The notes: generated by a model not told the origin, from the letters alone. A DNA stretch of 63,470 nucleotides, filler included, from Phoronis australis (GCA_002633005.1; 10 parts of 10 records of this genome joined end to end with filler, not necessarily neighbours in it), one strand, 5' to 3'. Positions 1 to 12,527 are shown, counted from the whole stretch's first letter. Program-made: numbers and translations.

Positions 1-280
1 AGTCTGAAGATGAATGGAAATATGGGATACAATGGCAGAAAACAGGACAACGGTTTCTGTAGGAAGGGAACGGCATTGCATGAACGAGATCATATGAATG
101 AAGAAAATAAGATTGATAATTTATACAGATTATTTATAACAACATAACAAAATGATTGAAACTTTACAAATGGAATAAAAATGAAAAAATTATGAACATT
201 AAGTTGGTGCATAAAGACTCGTATCAATGAGACACGAAAATGAACGGTTTACAATTAACAACAAATGTCAACAATTGTCT

Positions 281-495
281 GGTGATGATGATGATGGTGG
301 TGGCGATGATGATGGTGGTGGTGGTGGTGATGGTGACGATGGTGATGATGATGGTGGTGATGATGAAGATGATGATGGTGGTGGTGATGATGATGNATGG
401 TGGTGATGATGATGGTGATGGTGATGATGATGGTGGTGATGATGATGATGATGGTGGTAATGATGATTATGATGGTGGTGGTGATGATGATGATT
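281..495. repeat. (GAT/GGT)n compound trinucleotide microsatellite, intronic
   Basis: Direct reading; it explains the poly-M/V, poly-D/G and poly-H ORFs at 240-692. Confidence 0.95.
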
Positions 496-515
496 GTAAA
501 CAACAGGTCACTTAC

Positions 516-600
516 TGCAAACGATGTGTCTGTCGCTCTTATGATGACCGTGTGGGTCGGATTCGTCTCTCTATCAAATGCTCTCTGATTCTTCACAAGC
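516..600 (-). CDS. Cadherin-repeat protein, internal exon (G)LVKNQRAFDRETNPTHTVIIRATDTSFA
   Basis: cctag acceptor and gtaagt donor; FDRE and AxD cadherin motifs; phase matches exon 1572-1663. Confidence 0.85.
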
Positions 601-1571
601 CTAGGAACACATCAGCTGTTGGTATCACTCATTCAACAGATGCATGTGTGACATTTGGAAGGCAGATCAATCATTACACTTCATATCAATGATTGAGTTG
701 ACGGGACAAAATTCTAACTTGAATAACCAAGAATGCAAAACAGATTTCATAGCTTTAAACAAAAACGTAAGCGTTTAAAAGTTAGAGCCATATCAGTTGT
801 CTTAATGTATTCTTTGACAAGTCATAATAACAATGTAATGACAGTGAAGATTATTTGTTAGCAATTATTACAGAGGAACTACCCTTGTGGTAGGTGTGGG
901 TTGTTTGGCTTCGGTGACTTTGTGCCTACCTGGGTTTTCCGTATGTAAGCCCACCCGATGAAACACCCATGGATGTTTATTAAAAAAATTAAGCCGAATA
1001 AACGCCCACGGGCGTTAATTTGGTGTTACGACTTCAGGTGTCAAGTGTCCAGATAGTGGAGAATTCATTCGGAAAATTGCCTCTTAAAAGCCCGCTAAGC
1101 GTCAACTTTTAGTCACAAATTCAATTTTGTGGAGCATTTATCATTAATTATAATTGAACAAAATGTTGGCGAACTATGCATTTATTAACACAAATTTTAA
1201 AGACACAGTTTTAAGTAAAGTCAAAGTCAGGAAACCTATGACTTACTGTTTACATGCCCCCTTTTCTAAATAAACGATGTTTATTTGATGTTACTAAAAC
1301 ATTCTAAATTTATCATATTCCGAGTACATACCCATGCACTTATCTACAGAAAATCGCAGTACCAAGATAAAGCACTTGTTATGCACATAGAGATATCTCC
1401 AAAGTCTTATGTTTGACTATCATGGATTGTGAAATAAAACAATTATTGAATTTTACTTCTAGTCAGTGTTGTGTTAATTAGACCCAAAGCAAGTTAATCT
1501 TAGAACACAATGGACATCGTCAATTAATTAAAAGCAGAGATTGTTCATTAAGAGAGCCTGTGTTGACTTAC

Positions 1572-1663
1572 CCCGTGTTTGGGTCTATGGTGACGAAAGC
1601 GGGGAAAGATGGTGTCTGAGACTGAATCAGATATGTCAATGTGTTTTTGTCTGCATCAACAGC
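1572..1663 (-). CDS. Cadherin-repeat protein, internal exon AVDADKNTLTYLIQSQTPSFPAFVTIDPNTG
   Basis: cttcag acceptor and gtaag donor; AxDxD, LTY and F.IDP.TG cadherin motifs. Confidence 0.85.
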
Positions 1664-1671
1664 CTGAAGAA

Positions 1672-1799
1672 AGTACAAAGTGGTACTCAGTGAGACGTAC
1701 AAAGTGGTACTCAGAGAGACGTACAAAGTGGCACTCAGTGAGACGTAAAAAGTAGCACTCAGTGAGACGTACAAAGTGGCACTCAGTGAAAAGTACAAG
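1672..1799. repeat. 24-bp minisatellite (GTACAAAGTGGCACTCAGTGAGAC), about 5 copies
   Basis: Direct reading; produces the YVSLSATL repeats in ORF 1568..1804. Confidence 0.9.
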
Positions 1800-2436
1800 C
1801 CCAATACTTAAGCTAAACAAAATTATTTCTAATCTGAAGGCAGTCTATAAAAAACTGGTTGGTTTTAGTTTTGCATTTAATTAGCCAAATCATAACGTGT
1901 TTTTGGTCAGTAACCATAGTAGGTGTATTTAACAAGTCATTAATTTCTTATAACAAATTTATGAATAATTACTTTTAATTTTACAGCTACTCGAAACAGT
2001 TCACACACAATTCCATGAGGCATCAAGTCAAATACAAATGATGTTTCTACACCGCAGTAAAATCATGGCTTGATTTTCAGTAACATACACAATACTTCCC
2101 TGGACACCAATGGGATTTGTCTACTTTTCTAAAAAACGACCAATAAACAACACTGCGAGACAAAAAAACCTAATCAATAACTGAACTAACCAGCTTGAGC
2201 TCTACAGTAAGACTAAGGGCACTTAGTACCTTGGTATCACTTAGCACCTTGGTACTGTCATCTGGGCTTGACTACCACAGTTAACCAGTACAGATATAGT
2301 AGTCGACTATCATATTCAACCTTATAAGTTTTACAGTAAAGACGCATTAGTTAGCAACCACAACAGTCCTAAAGTGTTCTGTCTCCGTGATCTCATGCGA
2401 TAAAATTTTCAATGAACTTAAAAAAGAAAAACTTAC

Positions 2437-2572
2437 ATCAGCATCAAATATTTCCGTGTTCACAGGTATAGCTTCACTGACGTATCTTGTGTAGACGTTT
2501 TGTGGGAAAGACGGTGGAACATTTCCAAATGGTGTCACGTTTATCACCACTGTAGTCACTGACTCCAAACTC
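2437..2572 (-). CDS. Cadherin-repeat protein, internal exon SLESVTTVVINVTPFGNVPPSFPQNVYTRYVSEAIPVNTEIFDAD
   Basis: ttgcag acceptor and gtaagt donor; V.INV...N.PP.F....Y...VSE cadherin linker; phase 0 joins exon 1572-1663. Confidence 0.85.
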
Positions 2573-2758
2573 CTGCAATGGTAAATAAAAATGTACAACA
2601 AGAATTAAAGAGAGCTTTTGAAGTACAGAATATCAAAAACCTTTCATACTCCTTACCATCAACACCAGGCTTGCTTTAATATACACAAAAACTGGCAGTC
2701 AGCTTCGGACAAGCAGTTAAAGGCAACAGTTCCACATAAGCAAAAGGTGGGAAATTAA

Positions 2759-2935
2759 ATCCTGCTTCAAGCCATCCCCTTGTACAGCAATCAGTGGAGT
2801 TTGTATCCTGCTACAAGCCAGGTTGTGTTATATTATAACAACACAGCAGTGTTTGTATCCTGCTTCAAGCCAGTCCTTTGCACAGACAATCAACAGAGTC
2901 TGAATCTTGCTTCAAGCCAGGCTTTTGTATAAATA
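2759..2935. repeat. Degenerate tandem repeat of about 48 bp, 4 copies of core ATCCTGCTTCAAGCCA
   Basis: Core seen at about 2759, 2805, 2857 and 2904. Confidence 0.75.
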
Positions 2936-3002
2936 ATCAGCGGAGTTCCTTGTCAGTTGTGATAGCATCCAGTTATAACAGGCAATACAGTTTGAGACCA
3001 GA

Positions 3003-3448
3003 GTGCATGGCTGCATGAAACAGTCCCAAATAGGGATTCAACTAAGTTCCCTAAATCTATATAACACACATTTGTGAGTTTGTGAAAACACTGATTTTCT
3101 TTTCTTTTGCTGTTTGAGTCCCATTACGAAGTCAATTTTTGACTTTAATACAAATTGAGAGTGAACTTTACATTAAATTCTCAATATTGTTGAAAATAAA
3201 TAGGGATCTTTTCATACAACACCCCTAATTTAAGGACTAAGTCCCTAATTATTGTGATTCAGCTAAGGGCTCAGTTATTAGCTTATATTAATTATTAAAA
3301 AAATATCAAATAAGAGCTCGTAATAAAGATAAAGTGATAGAAAATATAACATCTGTAAGTAAAGAACGAAACAAATTATAAGTAAAAGTTTTAGTTAGAG
3401 AACTTAGTTGAGTAACAATTTGGGACTGTTCCAAGCAACCGGGCACAG
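3003..3448. mobile_element. MITE with imperfect TIRs of about 50 bp (GCATGAAACAGTCCCAAAT...CAACTAAGTTC)
   Basis: 3013-3050 is an inverted match to 3400-3440; a reverse-complement copy lies at about 60145-60530. Confidence 0.8.
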
Positions 3449-3513
3449 AGGGCCATTCACATGCGCTCATTTGCACGTCGTAAATTAATTGAACGTAAGT
3501 AATGCAAATACCC

Positions 3514-3613
3514 NNNNNNNNNNNNNNNNNNNNNNNNNNNNNNNNNNNNNNNNNNNNTTAATTAATTAANNNNNNNNNNNNNNNNNNNNNNNNNNNNNNN
3601 NNNNNNNNNNNNN
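3514..3613. other. Artificial contig-joining spacer (N44-TTAATTAATTAA-N44)
   Basis: 100-nt linker with stops in all six frames; identical at 9 places in the window. Confidence 0.97.
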
Positions 3614-4844
3614 CCCCCCCCCCCCCCAAAGTACTCACAAGGATGAACGCTATGAGATCTGGACCACCGACCAATAGAAAATATGGCATAAATCGGAGCA
3701 TCATATCTCAGAAATAGTTGGCCAGATTCATTTGAAAATTTCAGATACTATGCTTTATACGTTGTCCTCTAATTCTTTTTCGGAGTTATTGTTAAAATGA
3801 CCCACTTTTGAATTGAGGGATATCAAAAAGACTGGAAAAAATCAAAAGTTGCAGCAGAAAACGAAAGTGAAGCTATAATTTTGATAACCCTAAGAGCGTT
3901 TTTGAAATTTCACTTTCTACATTCATTGAGTGTTTTATTCATGAAATCGAACCTAGTTTCGCTGCTTCTTTTTCATTTTGATATTTTTGTTCACAATGAA
4001 ATCATCAAGCGAGGCTCTTGAGACGCGGTAAAAGTAGTCAACAAATCCGTCAATTACACTGGTCATTTTTACACACATCTACTCGTGACTAAATGCTGGG
4101 AATAGCTGGCCCTTGATATCAGCTCCAGACGCAAACAGCTTTCACCTAGCGCGTCACCTTGTTTACTCGTTCACGCATGCGCAATTTTTTTGTTTTTGAA
4201 CGGGGTAATAACAAGTTGAAATTGCAGAGAAAGCAGACATCTGGCAAGTTTTCATTTTTGAAAAAAATATATGCAAATTTGAAGTAGAAAAAAACATTAA
4301 TTAAAAATGAATATTCCAAAATTTAATTTGATTGAATTACTATTCGTCAGGAAATCACCACGACTTCTAAAAAACGCAATTTCAGAAACTTTGAGTTGTG
4401 GGTGTCGATCGTGGAAACACAAATTTGTGAGCCAAGTGTTTTTTTCTTCTATCTCTTGTCTCTTCATCGATTTTCTCTTAGGAAAGTCCAGGAACATATG
4501 TTTGATAACATTGAGCAAACTTTTCCTGAAATTTTAGACTGTACATGAAAATGCAAGGAATGGTAAATGTGTCGAAAATGGGTACGCTGTTGCTATTTTC
4601 ATTCTGATTAGGACCCAGTAGGAAAACGGTATTGTTATACTGCTTTTTAAATGCTTGTTATCAGAAATATATTGTACAATAATTGGAGTTTAGCCCATAA
4701 AGCGTCTGTACTGTTACACTGAAAAAGTGTGTATCTTTCTACGAATGTTAGCAAGTCAAATAATAAGTCTTGTGTAATCCTGACAATTTTCTAGGATCAC
4801 ATTTGGCAACTGCAGCACAATTTATGAGTAAGTCAGTATCTTAA

Positions 4845-5783
4845 ACAGTACACACCATGGATTTTTGCACATTTTGAATTACCGGTGGCCACAGACTAAA
4901 CTTATGACGTAAAATTTAGCTAAACCCATGTTTATTTTGTGTAATTAGCTCGAAATTTTGATTTTTCTTTCAATTTTGCCAATCTTCACATTTACCGCCA
5001 TGTGACGTCATGGGTTGAACACAAGAGATCAGTGACTAGCATTGAACAATGGCGGAGAGCAGGGAATTTGAAAGCGACGACGATTATGAGCAAGAATTGA
5101 ACAAATACTATGAAGAAACGCACGGGAATGGTGGCCAGGATGAGGAAATTGGGTTGCACGAAAGCGAGAACAAGTTTAATGTGCTTCCGGCTGCGTACTT
5201 TTCTACTTTGAGCGTTACGAACTGGATCCTCCCGCGAGAGAAGCGGCCTCGGGCTCAGCGAGTCAACCCAGTCATCACAGACGACGATCCTGAATTAAGA
5301 ACTGATGTTTCTGAATGATAAATAATTTCCTTTATTGAACCAGTCCTGGAGTCGAAACACGAGTCCTCAAAGTGAGCAGAACACAGAGTGGCCCCGGACC
5401 GAATCGCTTGGTCCACGATGACGTTCCACACTCTCGTTCGGCGCACGAAGCGATGCCACTTCTGCGCAACTTTGGTGTCCTTCGGAACACCGAGACGTTC
5501 TCCGCTTGGCTGCTGTTGCTGCAGCCTCCGGAAACACATCTTTTGATCCCTCTACGAACCTTCTCGACGCTAAATGTACTTTGCTTTCTCTTCACTCTAT
5601 ACACGTTGTCTCTGATCCGATCAGTATGGCGAACGACTTGGGTTCAACCCATGACGTTGTATATAATTATTATTTTTTCAATTTTTGCGTGTTTCTTTAT
5701 GAGCTGTGCACTAAAGGCACTGAAATCAAGTAAGATATAATAATAAATTTATTTTGAGGTACTAGAGTCATGTTGTGTACACT
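4845..5783 (-). mobile_element. Kolobok-like non-autonomous DNA transposon: THAP remnant (-) plus convergent acidic ORF (+)
   Basis: TTAA at 4841-4844 and 5784-5787; imperfect TIR ACAGTACACACCATG / AGTGTACACAACATG. Frameshifted THAP CVSGGCSN..F/PKD..W...V.R..LCSAHFEDSCF at about 5330-5550 (-); ORF 5049-5318 (+) MAESREFESDDDYEQELNKYYEE. Confidence 0.75.
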
Positions 5784-6559
5784 TTAAAAATCCTTACATG
5801 GGCCACATGGCCAGCTGTAATTGGGAGGGTGAGGCAGCACTGTTGTCATGGCTACACCTAGGGTAATTCAGTCGTGATGGGCGGTGCTAAGTGGGGATTA
5901 TGGCATCTTCGCGGTACCCGGAAGCAGTGACAACTCAATTTGATGAGCCTGATCTTATGTCAATTCTGTCCAAACACATGAAGCACTTTAAGAAACAAGT
6001 TGGATCCAATTTTGAAATGTTAAGTTATCTAAGTGAAAAGTTTTATTTTGCGGAGGGTGGATTTCTAGCAGCTTCAATGTTTTCTAAGTTAAAATGGAAA
6101 ACAAAGTTCCAAGATCAACTTTAACTGCACACCTGGCACTGATGGTGACTGGTGAAATTCACCACATGTCGGTCTGTAACTTCTCTAACTATAGGTTTTG
6201 CAAGACATACAGGCTGTATCCCTGTACTTAGCGCTACATGCAGCTTTGTATCAAGTACCAACATTCAACACGTGAGCTCAGTTATAATCAATACGTTCTA
6301 TTGTTTTTCTCGCAGATACTGCCATTGATAGCAGAAAGCGTTCCATCTTTTACGGATACCCAAAGCTGGTGATGTGCACCACCGGCAAAAACGTTTTCCA
6401 AGGCCTCAAGTACTTAGACTACGGCTGTTTCTGCGGCAGAGGCGGCCATGGCTCTACTCCTGTCGATGGACTCGATAGGTAACGATTTTTTCAGGAACTT
6501 AAGGAATTCTGAGCATCCGCCGACGGACTCGTCACAAAATATACAACAGTATCTCCTGA

Positions 6560-6782
6560 CATACATATACTGTAAGCTATACAGTAGTCTAACGTCTTTC
6601 CTATCCAACACAGGCGAGCGCTTCATTCTCAAAGTGAATATCAGGCACATTCTCGTGTCTCTCATTAAAGTCGGGAAGGCAAAGAATTTTAGATCATGCA
6701 TGCACGGGTATTTGTCCAGTTTATAAAACTTTCACGCCCGTGTTGCAGCCCTCAACACAACACTTAATACTTCGTTAGCATA
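6560..6782 (-). pseudogene. Degenerate THAP-like N-terminus (KCCVEGCNTG.../...LKFFAFPT)
   Basis: CCVxGCxN followed, after a frameshift, by FFAFP; later THAP motifs are not recognisable. Confidence 0.4.
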
Positions 6783-7685
6783 GGAAGAACGAATAGAGTA
6801 GTGCAACCGAGAAAAACTTGTTCGGAATCAGACAACAACAAATAACATGTGAAACTCCAGTGGCTCGAAAAAGAGAGAGCAAATGTGCCTGACGAATGTT
6901 TACGGCATTGTGGGTAAATACAGCTAGATTCGAGTGTCGCTATGTAATCCGGGACTATATTGCCACGAACCGCAAGTATATAGTAGCTTACTAACTGTGT
7001 GATTTAATTCTACTAGTTATGTATATGTATGCTTCGATAGTTCAGTTAACAGCGGAAAGCGATCGAGAAACATTACTAATAAACTTCAGCACGTGCATTA
7101 TACTCAAGTAAATAACCCGGACATACAGGTAGATCCTGAAGGTTACTGGAGTGATAGGCCTACACTGACTCATTCAGTTCTGACGGTGGCGTTATTTTGA
7201 ACTCGGGAGACGATTTGTGTGCGTCAAAATATTGCCCTTCGTTATCCGTAGGATTCACAAAGGATTGTAGGTAATACTCAAACATTAAACTAAGGCCGTA
7301 AGTTATTTTTAGAAATGCCATTGCTTGAGAAAACGCTTGTTAGCTGTCTCGCCGCTTTTCGGATGTAGCGCAGCTTAGAAAACTCTAAAAAAAGTTTCTC
7401 AGCTACTTTGAAATTTGAACACACATCTTATCTGAGTACAGAGATTTTATCGCTTACTTCTCTCCGAGCCAGTTCTAAATGTCGTCTTGTCTTTTACGCT
7501 GGCATTTTCCTCCGCTATAATTATACGTTTCAAACACTCACTAGTGACGCCTTGCTATGAGAGGCTACCTAATTTTATAAGCACCTCCTCGTGATGGTCA
7601 CGTGACACAACAACTCATTTCTCTGACTCCGGCAAGTGTGCAAAAAAGCCCATTAATTGGTCGAGTTTCATAAAGTTTACGTAAG

Positions 7686-7813
7686 CAGTCGCAGATTTAG
7701 GGGGCAGGGGGCAATGATCCCCCTAAAATTCTCCCAGATTCCATTTGGCAGCTCGGAGGTGCTAATGTCTGCCTTGCCCCCCCCCCAACTCAAAATCCTG
7801 GATCCGCCCCTGG
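7686..7813. mobile_element. Short hAT-like MITE (CAGTCGCAGAT...ATCCGCCCCTG)
   Basis: Imperfect CAG..CTG TIRs; related copy at 35173-35465 shares CCCCTAAAATTCTCCCAGAT and CAAAATCCTGGATCCGCCC. Confidence 0.7.
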
Positions 7814-9699
7814 ACATAGCAGTGGAAGAATATCGAGACGAGTATCATCACTGTGGCTGGGAGAGCATCGTCTGAGGAGCAGTTGGATAGGCGAATGAAG
7901 GGGTTGGGTCCTTAGGAACAAACCCTTTTTCAGTCAGTGTTGGCATTGCAGTTCATTTCTCATAGAAAATTCGTTTCCCTTTAAACCAAACTCAAATCAA
8001 CATTGCAATGAATTCAAACATCTCAAATTTGATAAAACGACAAAGCTTATTTTTCTCTTTAAGTTAAATTAATTATTTCATACTTTACTAATAATACAAA
8101 TTTTGGATTGATGTAATACAAATTGTTTAAACGTTCTTAACTGACGACATGCTCAGGTTGGTAATAATTTACAACTTCAATAGCAACATTAACATGTTTG
8201 GAATAGCAGTTCCACATTTCACCACGAGATGGCACTCAGAAGCTTGCCTAAAAGTTTGCATTTCACATTGAAAAAAATTTTTAAAATGTTCGTGTCTTTA
8301 TGGCTTGTTACAACCTGTGGAAGGTATTTGCAGAATCGCACCACGACATCTGATGCTATTGTTCAAAAGTAAAATTTAATAGAAATGTACACGCTTAAAC
8401 ATGGGGTCTTTTTTATTTTCATAAAATAGAATGGGCCACGATATCAAAAACATTAACACAAAATTACCCGCCCAAAGTGGCCACAGAAGTGTAGTTACAA
8501 GCCTGCTGTGACCTACGGTTCACTTCTTATGCCTCTTTTGACAAGCGTACTTTGTTTATCGACCTTTATGAATTCGTGATCCCTTCAATTTCCAGGAAGA
8601 TGACACTGAATGTTTAATTACTCCATTAGTACGACATCCACAAGGTGCAGGGTGACGCAAACTAGGCTCCCGCATCATCCGAACTCAGCTTGTGCTCCAC
8701 ACAATTGACATACTCCGACTCGAAATTTAAAAATTCACTTCAAATGTTTTTAACTGCAAATTCGTCTGTTTACTCAAAGCGTGCCGTGCCATTAGTCAAA
8801 TTTCTTATTGGTTTTGAAAATAGAAATTTGAAAATAGAAATTAGATTCAAGGTCTAGATTTTACTTTGTTGACAGCTCCACGCATATTTACCTCTCGTGT
8901 ATTTTCCATTGGTCACGATTTGCCTTAGGACAGTCGTGCAACGCAATTATACAAGTCAGTGAGTTTCAACTGCATACAAGTCTGGTCTCGAGATATAAAG
9001 CGCACAACTTTTTATGTCTATTATGCAGTGGTGAGGTGCGCTGATGATATGATCTAAAAGCATTGCCGATGTGTTCATATGGAAAGGCTGAAGGTGCTTT
9101 GAGTGCAAACAGAACAGGACTGTGAACGTGTCCATGTACGTAAACAACAAAATATTCCAAATATGCTGTTGAAAAGACGAAGTATGTTTTGAATGCAAAC
9201 AGAAAAAAATGCCCGTTTATTCATAAGGTAACTTGTGTAGGCCTCGGTCCCATATCACACGTACTGTGTACATCACATATCATACATAGAATATAGGCCA
9301 TTTACAATAAGATAGCCATAACTTTCTTCCTTATGCGAAACACCTGCGACAAAAATAAGCTAATATTAAAAATGACAGATTCATTTTGTAAAGACAGAAG
9401 TTTTATGAAGTTTCTTTCACACAGAATAGAATAAAGATGTTCTGGTACAAACCGTTTCCCAATGTCAGTGTCACAAATAAATCGCATAAGAAACTCATTT
9501 TCAATTTTACGTTTATCTACGTTATAACAGAAAATATGTAAACTCTCCTTTCTGGGACCCTTGACAAGGTTTTAAAGTCTATGTAGAAATCAAGCTTCTT
9601 GTTAACATGCGTGCACCCACCCTAAAATATAGGGGGGTTCGAATTCTTCATTATGCGGACCATTTACTGAAAAAAATCAACGAGAACTAAAAAAAGACA

Positions 9700-10137
9700 T
9701 ATCCTCATGTTTTCTTTGCTTTTGAGGTATTCAAGGAGCAGAGGGTACAGCTTTTCCAGACACTCGAACAATACCCCCAACGTTTACAAAAAATATTTTG
9801 AAATTCCGCAATTGTACAACAAAATTATTTCTTTCTATATGTATGTCAAAAACTCAACCCAAATGAAAATAAGGTTTTATTTGAAATAGTATCAGAATTT
9901 CTTTATAACGTTAAATCTCTTTGTGTGAGTGGATAGAATTGTATACGTGTGTATGAAAATGAATTATTTACATTCGTAATTATATCATTGTATCAGTTTT
10001 TTAGTTATGTATTCGTGTATTATAATTGTATATAGACTGTATTTTTAACCCAGATCTAATGCCGCTTGGCGCTTCCTGGGTTATGTATATTCACTGTATT
10101 CTGAAGACTTCGTAATAAACAAAAAAAAAACAAAAAA
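9700..10137 (+). mobile_element. 3' end of a non-LTR retrotransposon (ORF2 tail, 3'UTR stem-loop, AATAAA, A-rich tail)
   Basis: ENKVLFEIVSEFLYNVKSL-like ORF end; AACCCAG...CTGGGTT hairpin; AATAAA then an A-tract; related copy at 10790-11074 (-). Confidence 0.5.
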
Positions 10138-10149
10138 CGGAGCCACTAG

Positions 10150-10500
10150 GTTCAAGCCTACCAATCGTACATCCGCGCCGAATTCCTGTGGAGTTTGTGG
10201 ATTTTTGTCTCATTTACTCGGACTCCCCCTGAGTGCACCCATGTATTAAAACTTAATGGTATCGTGCCAGGTCTGTATAGCACCGTCACTTGTTCTTTGT
10301 ATGAACTGGGACATCTTGACAAACCCAAACAAAACCAAATCCATGCGTGAATGCCATATTTTAAACCTTCGTACAGGACGTTTTGCGACCGCATTCGTCA
10401 AGCTGACGTATAACATTATACGCTCAGCCTGACTGTGGAAATCTATCATCGCTCACTTCAAGTAGCTATTTCCAAAATTTGATCAGTTTTGTCAGACAAT
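10150..10500 (-). mobile_element. Decayed LINE ORF2 C-terminal fragment
   Basis: Minus frame reads TKV*NMAFTHGFGFVWVCQDV, like the GFGxVWxxQ motif of invertebrate LINE RT C-termini. Confidence 0.45.
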
Positions 10501-10789
10501 GTATAGAGAATGCAAGCAGAACACTGTGCTCTTGCAACAGCACGGAGCTATTAAAATAAGAGAAGTATTAACATTCGTGTCCGTGAAGGGTCAGACACAA
10601 AGTTTTGAGTTAGGTGTATTAATCGATATTGGTTGTGATTGGTATAATTTTGAAACAAGTATGGTCCTGATGTAGTACCGGAATGATTTCACACAAAAGA
10701 ACTTCTGTATAAAATATAGATAATTGGAGATTCATTTCTCTGAAAAGTTCAGTATCCAAAATTCATGTAATCGGCTAAATGTAAAGGTT

Positions 10790-11074
10790 TTTTTTTTCAC
10801 TGTGATATATATTTATTGAAGGATACACAGAACATACAAAGAAATAATAACAAACCCAGAAACCGCGAAGCATTATATCTGGGTTGTAAACAATTCATAA
10901 ATGAAACTTATATACATAGAGATATATACAATTAAGTAGTATCTAAAATAAGTATTCCAATACTTAGACATGCTATTACAGATATATAAAAACAAAAATA
11001 TTTACAGATTCATGTAGGGAAATCAGATGCAACAATATTGATAAACGGTATATAAAAATTTGCTAACGTTGCTT
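10790..11074 (-). mobile_element. 3' end of a non-LTR retrotransposon, same family as 9700-10137
   Basis: Reverse complement shows SNVSKFLYTV, the AACCCAGAT.TAATGC...CTGGGTT hairpin, AATAAA and a poly-A. Confidence 0.5.
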
Positions 11075-11174
11075 NNNNNNNNNNNNNNNNNNNNNNNNNN
11101 NNNNNNNNNNNNNNNNNNTTAATTAATTAANNNNNNNNNNNNNNNNNNNNNNNNNNNNNNNNNNNNNNNNNNNN
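11075..11174. other. Artificial contig-joining spacer
   Basis: N44-TTAATTAATTAA-N44. Confidence 0.97.
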
Positions 11175-12237
11175 TGCAGACATAATGCGTCAAAAATATA
11201 AGTGAACGAAAATCAAACCCTTTGAAAGAACTTTTTCACTTGAAAATTCAAATTTTGACTTTTCGCGTGTCACTCTGCCATTTGCATTTTTTAACATACC
11301 GGAGAACACACGAACTATAACATTCACTGGGCTCACCGGTCGGTATTCGTGTCGGAACATGATGTCATTAGGTCAAAAATTAAGGATAAAAATTTGAGGT
11401 GATTTGATTCGTTGTTGTTAGAGGAAGTTGAAAAAATCCAAAATATAACTGGTAAGACTGTGTTCTAAACAGGTCAAGGGAAGTTGATTTGGTTAGTACC
11501 ATGACACTGAACAAGAATTTTCCTCCCACTCTTTTCGTTTATATCCATTTCACCAAGTGTTGAAAAGCTTGGTTAACTTATGAGCTGAGTACTGGCTAAG
11601 ACCAAAATTTAGTGGCATGGTTTCAAAACACTTTGCGCTGCACTGTCAGGTTTACAAGCACTGTGCGAGGGGCCCCAGCCCTACTTAGCTGGTTTGGATG
11701 TGATAAGCCCTCCAGCACTGGGGGCATGAAGCCTGAGCTTCGTTGGCTTCATGGTATATCTGCCACTGAGTATATTGTCGACTTAACGTTGCTTGATATT
11801 TGTATTATTTGGTGGAGCCTGCTTAATGTTATACCCTCTGTTTCGACGTCAATTATGGTGAGCACGATACTGCATTAGGCGGGTTTCAGCTTGGCGGCGA
11901 TCATAACCACTCTTACAAACTGATGGAGAGTGTGAGAGTAACACACCTAAACAGGGAACAACTACCTTTTGACCCCAGCGCTGCATTCAAGAGGAAACGA
12001 CTGACTTTTAGCCCCCAGAGCCAAGTTCTGACTTAAATTGTTTTTGGATGGATAAACGAATGTTAATGGTCGAGTTAGACTCTGTTTTGCTGATTTTTGA
12101 TGGCATATGGGAATATGGTTAAATCATGACATTATTCAGATTATTTTGCATGGGTTCAGTAGTAAATGATTATTTTTTGAAATTTCATGACAGTAACTGG
12201 GATATTCTATCATCCGATATGACAATGTGGGCTCCAC

Positions 12238-12510
12238 TGTATTATGTATTGTATAGTATTATGTACCATATTATATTGTATATCACATAGTATTGTGCAC
12301 CTTAATGTATTATGTATCGTGATGTATTATGTACCATTGATATTATATTATGTATCGTGCTGGATTATGTTCGTGCTGGATTATGTACCATATTATATTA
12401 TTTATCGTGTTGTATTATGTACCATATTGTATTATGTATTGTATAGTATTATGTACCACACTGTATTATGTATCGTATAGTATTATGTACGATATTATAT
12501 AATGTATCAT
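12238..12510. repeat. Degenerate (TATTG/TATTA/TGTAC) low-complexity satellite in a KAT7 intron
   Basis: Direct reading; explains ORF 12244..12480. Confidence 0.85.
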
Positions 12511-12527
12511 ATTCCATTTCATTGCAG

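Noticed and set aside
240-692. Poly-Met/Val, poly-Asp/Gly and poly-His ORFs
   Set aside because: Translations of an intronic trinucleotide microsatellite; only 516-600 (-) is a real exon.
1672-1799. CRISPR-like regular repeats (also 2759-2935 and 27013-27190)
   Set aside because: No unique spacers of constant length, no cas genes, and an intronic eukaryotic context.
3558-3569. TTAATTAATTAA as a biological motif
   Set aside because: Always centred in N runs; synthetic six-frame-stop linker.
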